Positions 20,401 to 28,568 of a stretch of 64,000 bases of DNA are shown here, in pieces. Source of the stretch: Diplonema japonicum (lineage: Eukaryota; Protista; Euglenozoa: Diplonemea); NCBI GenBank assembly GCA_964019335.1, contig OZ025651.1, positions 806,001-870,000 on the forward strand, read 5' to 3'. Position numbers and translations under genes: made by a program. A model generated the notes under the pieces. The model made no database searches and was not told the DNA's origin. It saw only the letters and a list, made by a program, of their open reading frames with translations. Within the stretch, counting starts at the first letter, position 1; each line of letters begins with the position of its first letter.

Positions 20401-23400
20401 ATGTGTCTTTTCACGGCTTGGATTCGGTTGCTTTACATACAAGGCAGAGCGTCATGCAGTGCATGGTCTGCTCGACTGTTTTGAAGGAAGGGTTCGACAC
20501 GGAAGGAGGTCCGAAAAACGTATTTGTCCCCATCGAGGGCGAGAAAATAGCAGCGGGGGGCGGGTTCCTGACGTTCAGGGTCTTGAAAGGGTGGTCCGAC
20601 GACGATTACATGCTGCTTGAGGAGGGTTATGAAGTGAACGAATCAACGCTGACGATCACGAAGAATGACGAGCCTGATACGATTCTGGGGTATCTAAGGT
20701 CTGGCAAGCTTGGAAATGTTGTGGCGCCGCAAAGCCAATGCTTGATACATACTGCGCTGAGGAACAACAATGAAGCTACAAGCGCTCGGTTTATGTTGGT
20801 TTTACAACTCCCTGACGATGCGGACTGGGGGAAAACCGAGGCGCTGGCGAGGGTTCTATGTTTCCGGAACGATTCGCTGAACCCAACACGGCCGAGAAGG
20901 CTGCTGTCCATGTCGCACTGCGTTGCCCCGACCGTTTCGCAAGACGTCGCCGCACCCGGGGCCTCACAACAGCAACAACGGCAGATCGCAAAGAGAAATG
21001 CAAAGAAAAAAGAGTGGGAGAAGGAATACAGCTCAATGTGCATCGTCACAACGATGGGTCTAGAGGTACTGGTGATCAATGTGGACGAGCCGACTGAAAT
21101 CCACGTGGTGTCGTCGCACCTAGGCTACTCGTTCCCATACGAGGCAGGTGATGACTTGTCATCCATTTTAGACCCCCCAACACTGCAAGTGTGCAAAGGT
21201 GTAAAGGTAATCGACGAGGATACTGATGAGTTCCACGAAGGGTCGTTGAAGCTGTTCATGGACTGTCTGAGTGAAGGTGACACCATCGATCTGGACAAAA
21301 CCCTCTCGAAGACGATCGACTTCGACACAGTGAATAAAACAGTGAAGTACAACGGCAAAGACGTCGCCACCTATACCAAATGCCACGGGGAGATCAGCAT
21401 CGTCTTCACCGGTTACGTTGCTTACATCGACGCAGTCGAGAATCTCCTACAAACGGTCGTGTTTTACTGCGACCCGACGATGCCTTGCGTTCCCGGGCTG
21501 CGGGGTTTTGTAATTGAGCTCATTGTCGGTGAAGCCGAGGTTCTTTGCAAGAAGATAAACATCAACGTGTCCCCACCCCGATTATCCCTCCCGCCAACAA
21601 TCCAATGCCTTGAGTTCAGAGAAGGGTCCGTCCCCCTCGCGCTCGGCGTCTTTCAAATCCAAACGGAGGTTTTCCCGGTGTCCCTCATCAGTTTTAGAAT
21701 CGCGAAGGGCTCAGAAAGCGCAGACTGCCTTGGCCTCAGAAACGCGAAGGGGCCAACAGAAAGCGTCCAATGGCCAACAGGATTCTCGAAATCACAGCTG
21801 CCGTCGACGGCGATGGCAATCGCGCAGAAGGTCTACCTGCTCACATCGGAACAGCAAGACACACTGCACTTGTACATTTCATCCCCGCTACCGTGCGAGA
21901 CTGTGAAATCGATACTGAGGAGGGTGACGTACGTGCATAAATCGAAGAATCCGAGAAAGCTCGATAAACTAGTCTTGATATCGGTGTTGGAACTAACATG
22001 TCCTACAATCACGACGGAGTCATTCACGCAATCGAAGATCACCGTGCAGCCCTTGGACGATGCAACGGAGCTCAAAAACTACGCGTCGACGACAGAGGTA
22101 AACCTCGGTTCGGTGTCGGATCTCCGCGGCTGTCTGATCCTCCCCAGCGTGGTGGTGTACGACCCTGACACGGATGACTTCCGTGACGGGTACATCACGG
22201 TTGAATGCTGCAAATCCAGCGTCGTGTTCGATGTGTGTCCTATACGAACCCAACAATCACTGTACACTGACACATCAATCCATCCTATGATGGACGCGTC
22301 CGATTCATTTGAACAGGGAGAGTGTGTTCCTCAGCCTCGGCAAAAAGCGGTCATTCACAGAGATGGTGCCGGTGTGTGGCTTCACGATAACATACTGTCG
22401 TATGAAACTTGGCGGGAGTCGCATTGCAACACCGCTGCTCATCTTGGTTCCTTTGTCTCGACTGCATCGGAGATGCACAGCGGGAAGAAACCGTGCGAAT
22501 CGTCCGTGTGTTTTATACAGCTTTCTTCAAAGGGAACGGTTTCGCTTAACGGCGTCGCCACGCTTCTACGTAACATTACCATCAGACCCCCGTCGCCTGG
22601 GAAGTACCCTTTAACCGTTTCGTGCAATGCCGGTGATGCTCCAGACTGCAACGCCGCGTCGATTTCTTTTGTGATGGAGTTTAACCCGCAGGTATTCAGC
22701 CCATCGGGGATCGTTGTCGAAAGCAAACCCGACTCAAGATGCTTACCCGCATCAGGTGTTGTGGTAACTGGGCTTAACTTAAAAGAGGTCATTTCAAATA
22801 AAGGTTGTTTGCAAGCTGTGGTGGAGTCTCCTGAAACAGGTGAAACCGTCGCATTGGCAACAAAGGACACAACACCATCCTCACCATTGGCAATGCAAGA
22901 AGAGGGTATCTGGCATGGAAAATGTTATATTGGAGGGTATCGAAGTGTTCTAGGGGGTTTTGTACTACAGTTCGACGATAAGTCGAGCAAGGTTGATGTG
23001 AAGACGCTGACGGCGGTTCTGAAAAACATCGAGTACACCATTGAGAAAAAGAAGAACCGGGGGGACCTGTCAAGGGTCACAGTGGTCATTCACGAAACCC
23101 CCTCCGCAGCGAACTACTACAAGACCCACGCGGTGGACATAGCGGTAGTTCAGATGTCCACAACGTTGTTCTCAACGAAAAATCTAACCGAGTATGTTCA
23201 CGGTTCGATGCCAGTTCAATTGTTCCCCGGGTTCACATTCACCGCTGAGCTGCCTTTGGCAAACTCGGTTATCGAGATACGAAACCTGGGGTATCCTTAC
23301 TACAACCCAACGGACCAGCTGTTCCTCGACGATGCCATGGCGTCCTCTGACAGCATCGCGGATATTACACAGTCCGCGCTTGGGTACAAGATTACATTCA

Positions 23401-24107
23401 CCGAGAACGTCACCAAACAGGTTGTGTACTCGGCGATCCGAAGCGCGAGGTACTCCTGCAACACGATCGGGAAGCACGCGGTTGAAATCCTCCTCACGGT
23501 GCACTCCGGTGAAACAACGACACTTTACTCCAGGGTTTATTGGTCGGTCGTGACACCTGCTTTGCTCTCACTATGGAAATGCAACGGAAAAATCCAACCT
23601 TGCAAAGCTGCTGGGAAAGGCGTCGACATCGCCCCTCTAGCTGTTATCGATGTGGGTTCATCGAGACGAAAATCCTTGAAAAACGCGATTTTTTCAGCCG
23701 AATTGGCCACGCTTGATGTTCACCAAGCCCTCCGTCGATGTGTAGGGGGGCAACGGGAGGACCTGCAAACCACACCTGGCGACACCCTTCAATTTTCCAA
23801 AGCTGTCACGATCTCAAAAGCCGACGAGGTTTCCATCGGAGGTGCGGTGATTGGGAAAGCCCATTCGAAATCCTCTTCCCACATGGTGATCATGCTTGAG
23901 TCCCGCAAGGACACCGCCACCCCCCAAGCCGTCCAAGTCCTTATCAGGTCCCTTCAATTCTGCTCCGCAAAACCCGGCTCCGAGGCTGCGGTGAGGATCT
24001 CGCTACAAGACGGCAAAGATGGCCCGATCAATGGGGGTGTGTTTCTGGTAACGGCAAAGCAACAACAACAACTAACCCCGCCACTGGATTTGAAATTTGT
24101 TTTGTGA
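17451..24107 (+). CDS. Giant Kelch-repeat / coiled-coil / repeated beta-sandwich (cadherin- or adhesin-like) protein
   Basis: N-terminal Kelch motifs (IYSFGG, PSRRSHCG..FWVTGG, LVLLGG, PRTGG..LIVAGG); E/R/K-rich coiled coil ~aa 540-790; C-terminal repeats of type Y/F.EG....I...V.D.D...F..G.L ... LLR.V.Y. Confidence 0.8.
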   Translation: MHRPKRIKLPPPDDDSMGVVLYSRAHAGVAVDQVKEEIYSFGGRCITDSFTGDELSNDLWVLPKNGKWQRVRTRGRAPSRRSHCGSVMDSNGWFWVTGGRDGEGNILHDIHRCNIMGTSTREFECVWEIFQLPQPIPPMMGHSVTCKFGQLVLLGGVLKGYEPNTSIYTISTQTCTFESSVPLAIEDIPESLIVHHSGRPCFFSSKIEILHENFVIVYAGRSLLSDSTAPDNAVLNRDVFVLCLSSMKWGLLKQTCENDGNKEMVRDCNWFYMFYSPHSRTHDALLWKVLTPQKVFYTGVDEEQLLNNSLTWIENTPEGTPTGVAMLPVPRTGGVTECIGEGLIVAGGVSSDDTVLSDLWKMTLFSEKWTQLVAFTDQKKEPAPPLIQPHPPGSPMSNYFTSEGNTTLSVDGMNKINVARANRLWSPPGPNHNNAKNSTINVLLKPDAPANFRKDIRVLFDMAESSKTPPDCSVCSKLTGTHPIESNISLKNITGSGTVLSVVELATDVSRFTTDIVFIEAVKRFKVCIRLTATLGEAAKRRQYERKLAFEESEKRRAAEVALLHQHDEARERAMQLYGQQEDERIRVRCKEADEMEQIRRNEHKRQRDAEEFERMKREFEAERQLERDREEKMEQLRKKEIETMRNREKEKESLIRDQEVKLKRLCIAEEELNTGRAQLERERLMITRERDQNLRERQWEKAKDEEWEKERAKLSRKTELQQQTIEKLTADAKTLSQDVTDLKVELAEWKKKAQACQLKLDFYDGRGDTEVDAEWTARRDIRNKELKLAKMGNFEQGSLKLHIKPVAVENIQYFIQGTTTPVLLSSITKFSVEANGKPDTKTTVRSATLAVEVKNGLSKGDALSFINTETDDDTRTITTCGGTTVYGTLEKSPENKIKVVLKGENVGAAVQSCEMLISRLGFYTPSKVTTLGIRTISITVTINNTIVTASRLLEVIAPILTLKDQERQIVYVEGKGSLAILPNVSFHGLDSVALHTRQSVMQCMVCSTVLKEGFDTEGGPKNVFVPIEGEKIAAGGGFLTFRVLKGWSDDDYMLLEEGYEVNESTLTITKNDEPDTILGYLRSGKLGNVVAPQSQCLIHTALRNNNEATSARFMLVLQLPDDADWGKTEALARVLCFRNDSLNPTRPRRLLSMSHCVAPTVSQDVAAPGASQQQQRQIAKRNAKKKEWEKEYSSMCIVTTMGLEVLVINVDEPTEIHVVSSHLGYSFPYEAGDDLSSILDPPTLQVCKGVKVIDEDTDEFHEGSLKLFMDCLSEGDTIDLDKTLSKTIDFDTVNKTVKYNGKDVATYTKCHGEISIVFTGYVAYIDAVENLLQTVVFYCDPTMPCVPGLRGFVIELIVGEAEVLCKKININVSPPRLSLPPTIQCLEFREGSVPLALGVFQIQTEVFPVSLISFRIAKGSESADCLGLRNAKGPTESVQWPTGFSKSQLPSTAMAIAQKVYLLTSEQQDTLHLYISSPLPCETVKSILRRVTYVHKSKNPRKLDKLVLISVLELTCPTITTESFTQSKITVQPLDDATELKNYASTTEVNLGSVSDLRGCLILPSVVVYDPDTDDFRDGYITVECCKSSVVFDVCPIRTQQSLYTDTSIHPMMDASDSFEQGECVPQPRQKAVIHRDGAGVWLHDNILSYETWRESHCNTAAHLGSFVSTASEMHSGKKPCESSVCFIQLSSKGTVSLNGVATLLRNITIRPPSPGKYPLTVSCNAGDAPDCNAASISFVMEFNPQVFSPSGIVVESKPDSRCLPASGVVVTGLNLKEVISNKGCLQAVVESPETGETVALATKDTTPSSPLAMQEEGIWHGKCYIGGYRSVLGGFVLQFDDKSSKVDVKTLTAVLKNIEYTIEKKKNRGDLSRVTVVIHETPSAANYYKTHAVDIAVVQMSTTLFSTKNLTEYVHGSMPVQLFPGFTFTAELPLANSVIEIRNLGYPYYNPTDQLFLDDAMASSDSIADITQSALGYKITFTENVTKQVVYSAIRSARYSCNTIGKHAVEILLTVHSGETTTLYSRVYWSVVTPALLSLWKCNGKIQPCKAAGKGVDIAPLAVIDVGSSRRKSLKNAIFSAELATLDVHQALRRCVGGQREDLQTTPGDTLQFSKAVTISKADEVSIGGAVIGKAHSKSSSHMVIMLESRKDTATPQAVQVLIRSLQFCSAKPGSEAAVRISLQDGKDGPINGGVFLVTAKQQQQLTPPLDLKFVL

Positions 24108-24271
24108 TCCCCTACCCCCCCCTCCCCCCCCCCCTTATTTTGCTTTCCAGCTAAAACGGGGGCGGGCAAAAAAAAAGAAAAGTAAAACCGTTTCTTCTTC
24201 ATTCCCCCCCCCTTCTTTTTTCAAAACTTCACGGAGGAAGAGGGGAAAGGGGAGGGGAAATAATAACAATA

Positions 24272-25225
24272 ATGGGAGCGACCCAAGTGGACGTCCTCCG
24301 CAGATTACAACTGCAGATTCTGCGCCGTTCGGTGGAAGAGCAACATGTGGTGACGACATCTGCGAACATGATCAGAAACTACCTGATGAAGGTGAAGGAT
24401 GACGGGAGGTTCATCGAAATCGTGCGGAGGGCAAAATACAAGAGGGAGATGGCAATGAGGATCCAACGAATCTTAAGGGCAAACGTACTAAGAAAAACCC
24501 GTTTTATAGAACGATCCTACTCCACGTGGAAAGATGAAGAAAACAAGGTTCACTCCGAACACAAGCAAACAAGCGCAGTACTAGGCGCCACGCGTAGAGG
24601 GACACATGCTTCGTCAACTTCGAGAATCGTTGCAGGATGGTCACCCCCACAAACTTCGCAAACCGAGAAAATAAAAGTTATCGAAGATCTATACACCGAG
24701 AAAAAATCCGAATGGGTCAAAAAATTCCGGAAATCTCGTCGAAGACCGCCGCCGCCGTACCCAGCCTCCCTCTCATTTGGGGACGTGAAGAAGCTCCTCT
24801 TTACCGATTGGGACAGCGTACAGTCAAGGAAATGTGCAAAGAAACAGCAAGACGAGGAATTGGAAGCAACGTTAAACTCCACACAGAAATTTCGAGAGCT
24901 CGTCGCGCTTCAAGAAGAGTGGTCTTGCAAAGGCAGCAGCGAGGGTTCGCCTCTCAGGTCCAGCCCGAGCAGCAAGAGGTCCAGTGCTTCGTCGTCAAGC
25001 TCCTCTGTAAAAGTCCTTCATTGGCAGTTGTGTCAAGATGCTGATCGTGTGAACAAGGACCGTGTGAAGGCGCCCCGGAAGAAAGCCACGCCCAGCTTCC
25101 CGCTTCAGGAAACTAAACGGCGGCAACTTGTTTCGAAGAAGCCTGCGCCCCCGTCGTTTAGCAACTTCCCGCCCATCGCCGCTAAACCCCCTTTGACACG
25201 GGCGCTTAAGATAATCGGAAGCTGA
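24272..25225 (+). CDS. Hypothetical basic protein with IQ-like motif
   Basis: 317-aa ORF after a purine leader; AMRIQRILRANVLRK. Confidence 0.7.
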   Translation: MGATQVDVLRRLQLQILRRSVEEQHVVTTSANMIRNYLMKVKDDGRFIEIVRRAKYKREMAMRIQRILRANVLRKTRFIERSYSTWKDEENKVHSEHKQTSAVLGATRRGTHASSTSRIVAGWSPPQTSQTEKIKVIEDLYTEKKSEWVKKFRKSRRRPPPPYPASLSFGDVKKLLFTDWDSVQSRKCAKKQQDEELEATLNSTQKFRELVALQEEWSCKGSSEGSPLRSSPSSKRSSASSSSSSVKVLHWQLCQDADRVNKDRVKAPRKKATPSFPLQETKRRQLVSKKPAPPSFSNFPPIAAKPPLTRALKIIGS

Positions 25226-26550
25226 GATATATATTTTCTTCTTCTTCTTTTTTTTAAAAAAAAAGAACACAGAAGTTTCCCCACCCCCTCCCCACAGTTA
25301 ATTACAGATATGAATCTCGTGGTTTTCTTTGAGGTTGTCTTTTTTTTTTTTTTTTTTAGTTGGGGTTAATGCAAGCTGCCGCTTTAGGTGCTTTTTTTTC
25401 TTCTTTTTGCGGTCAGCTGCACCCCCATTATCCCGCACCGACAATTTTTTGTTCTTCCCCCCCCCCCCCCCCCCCCCCCTCCATTTTATTTCCCTATATG
25501 GTGTACTTTTTTTTTTCTAGTACCCTTCTGCCTCTTGTTTTTTCCTCCAGCATGAAGGCGTATTATTATTTCCTTATGGGTTCCCTTTTTTTTTTTTCCT
25601 GCTTGAGCAAAAGGAAAAAAAAGAAAAAGGGGGGGAAAAACAATATATATTGATAATGAATTGTTGTTGCTAAAAGAGTAGTGGTAGCATTGCTGGGCTT
25701 ATCCTTCTACAGGTTAATCCCGGCTGTGCACAAGCAACAATCAATCGACTCCTTTTTTTTTTCTTTTTTTTTTTTAAATTTATTTCACACAATCTGCGGC
25801 ACTACTACAGAAGGAGAAAAAGAAAGTTTTCTTTTTTTTTTTTGTCTTCTATCTTCAAATTCTTGATGCCCTTTTCTTTTTAAAGGAGTTGCGGCCTTTG
25901 TCGGAATCAAACCTTTTCTGGTTTTTTTTTCTTTTTTTCTTGTTCCTGTGCTGATACCCAGCAGACTTGAGGTGAGGCCCGCACAGTTAGAGAGTGTTAG
26001 TCCGGTCTACCAATGAAGGCGGTCGCCTCAGAGGGTGCAACTCGAGCCGGGTTTGCCGTTGTCTGATAATGATTTTTCTTCTTGATTCGTTTTGGTTTGG
26101 TTATTTCTCCTCCTCTCCTTTTGCACCCCTCTATTTTTTTTTTTCCCCTCTTCACAAGGGTTTTAACCCTTCTTTTTTTTTTTTTTTTTTTTTTTTTATC
26201 TTGTGATCTAAAAGATCATTAAAAAATAAATCTTTTTTTTTTTAGAAAGAAAAAAAAGGGGGGGAAAGAGTGTGACGTCCACACGGCTTTTTTCCTGTAC
26301 GCAAAAACGAAATAAAAAAAAGGGGGGGAGATGTGTTCCTTGTTTTTTAATGGGCTATCCTCCTCAAGTGGGATTTGCCCTTAAACATCGCCCCTTTTTT
26401 TCTTATACCCCCACCACACCCTTAGTTTCTTTCCATGCCTTCCATCTATTTTTTTTCCCCCCCAAAAAAAAACAAAACGCTTCTCAACGATGTGGGAAAA
26501 TCACATCCACAACAGGCATTTCTTTTAAAAGATTATTTTTCAAAAAAAAA

Positions 26551-27470
26551 ATGAGTGATGAAGGTTCACCAACATTAGGACACATGTCAGTATGAGAAAA
26601 AAGAAGAAAAAAAAAATCATAAAACAACAGGATGAGACTGACACAGATGACGAAGTAGAAATAATTATGGAAACGTGGAAGAAGGTCAAAGGGTCCGGCC
26701 CCTCCGAAACAAAGCAGAAACAAATCTCCCGGCAGGCCGCAAAGGTTCGATTCCTGAATTACCACGGAAAGCTCTCGACAAAGCCCTACTGGAAGTCACG
26801 AGGCAAAACAACGAAGGAAGGCCTTCGCCTCACATACTCTCCCCTCATCCCGTCCCACGGCACCGCCGCAAAATCAGTTTTAAACGCCAACGACGGCCTG
26901 ATGGAAACCTATTACAACGAAATGCTAGAACACTGCGATCCCGGTCTGTGCTACGCTCGGTACTTACTGAGGGTACACGGCATGGATGAGCTGGATGTGA
27001 CGCGAATTATTTCACTGAAATCAGCAATTCTAATTCTGAGGAAGATACTCAATATTGGTACACATGCTTTCATCATTGCTGTCGACGATTTGGCGCATAT
27101 TGGCCTGCAGGGAACGCCACAGTCTAGTAATGTGATAAACACAGTGAGCGTTATGATGGAACTGCAGTCGCAGTCCCCCGGTGGGCCTTTGACCTTCATT
27201 TTAAGCGGGCTCTCGAAGCAGCCTTTGCGTGTAGATCCCCTCACTAAGGCGGTGTATGATGGTTTGATATCGTCGCTCCGCGACGCCGCGGAATGGTCGT
27301 CTTGTTGCGCGCAATTGGTGCAGCAGTCGGAGGGGTACGATTTGCGGAGGCTTGAGAACATGTTCTGCTACCTGGCCGGCGAGGATTCGAGGAAAGAAAC
27401 ACCGGCCACCAAACGGATAACAAAGATGTTCCTCCCAAACGGCGACCTCAACCCCAGCGCGGTGGCGTGA
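26551..27470 (+). CDS. Hypothetical protein; exon 1 26551-26589, exon 2 26631-27470
   Basis: ATG after an A-run; removing a 41-nt GTATGA...AAAACAACAG intron joins MSDEGSPTLGHMS in frame to DETDTDDEVEII; FIIAVDDL is Walker-B-like. Confidence 0.7.
26590..26630 (+). other. 41-nt GT-AG A-rich intron
   Basis: Non-3n; its removal restores frame between the upstream ATG and the long ORF. Confidence 0.8.
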
Positions 27471-27555
27471 CCAACCTCTTTTTTTTTTTTTTTCTTTTTT
27501 TTTTTTCTCCCTCCTCTAAAAAAAAAAAGAGGGAGGCAAAAGAAATATAATACAC

Positions 27556-28488
27556 ATGGATGCCTCCACATCCAGAAGGGGTTTGGATGTGATCTTCACG
27601 GTGCCAAAATCTGGCGACACCGAGGTGTACAAGCATCTGGAGTTCATAGAAAATGAACATGAAGGTTTTGTTGGTGTTGTGCAGGATGGGTGCGAAGGGG
27701 CGTACGAAGTGGTCGGCACACAGGAGGCAGCCAACCACTCCATCGCAATAGACAAAAACGGCGAGCGAAGAGTGATACAGCGGTTGGAAAGGGAATGGGC
27801 AGGAGCGGTGTACGTCGGGCTCCGAAACAATCTCTGGAAAGTACCCCTCACCCCGATGAAGACACGGGCAGGGACAAAGAAAATCTGCGTCGTTACAGGG
27901 TTGTGGGGAGCGTGCAAAAGAGAGCTACACATACTGAAAGAGCTTTTAACGGGCGGTCTCAGCGAGGTGGATCTGGTGGTGAGCATATCCAGGCTCGTAA
28001 TATTGCTCGACCCCTGCACCACACGGGATGTTGACCTCCATGCTAGGTACGCACTGCTTACTTCGTGGATATCCGATTTGCGGGATTCTATTCAAATTGA
28101 TGTTTTGCACCCGCCTTCCCTCCCTCCTGCATTTCCCACGATGGGTTCGACTTGTGTGTCTCGTGCGACGCCTTGTGCGATGTCTCTGCCTTCGTCCGGG
28201 CTCCACATTCTGTTCCTCTCTTCGCCTTTCGTCGGAAGCATCGCCTCGGGGCTTTTGAAGCCGTCGTTGTTCGAGGGCTTCTCGGTACTTCCTGCCGCGC
28301 CCCACCTTGTTGTGTTCCCAGCCCTCGGGGATGTTCAGAGAAACCGTGGAAGTATATTGTCGTCGGCCGAAAGCAGTACACCGATGAACGCAGACGATAG
28401 GATTACCCGCGTGCCTGGGTTATCTGCTAAGAAGGTCCTTCTTATATCCGAAACGGGGCTTGTTAACGAAGTGATCATTGATGCTTGA
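27556..28488 (+). CDS. Divergent DNA polymerase B-subunit (POLD2-like, inactive phosphoesterase fold)
   Basis: KICVVTGL..LHILKELLTG..ISRLVILLDP..WISDLRDSIQIDVLHP..ATP..PHLVVF..RITRVPGLS..VLLISETGL follows the order of POLD2 motifs. Confidence 0.5.
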   Translation: MDASTSRRGLDVIFTVPKSGDTEVYKHLEFIENEHEGFVGVVQDGCEGAYEVVGTQEAANHSIAIDKNGERRVIQRLEREWAGAVYVGLRNNLWKVPLTPMKTRAGTKKICVVTGLWGACKRELHILKELLTGGLSEVDLVVSISRLVILLDPCTTRDVDLHARYALLTSWISDLRDSIQIDVLHPPSLPPAFPTMGSTCVSRATPCAMSLPSSGLHILFLSSPFVGSIASGLLKPSLFEGFSVLPAAPHLVVFPALGDVQRNRGSILSSAESSTPMNADDRITRVPGLSAKKVLLISETGLVNEVIIDA

Positions 28489-28568
28489 TCAATGGATCTC
28501 TTTTTCTTCTTTTTCTTTCCGAAAAAAAGTTTTTTTTAAGGGGAAAAAAAAGAAGAAGGAAAAAAAAA

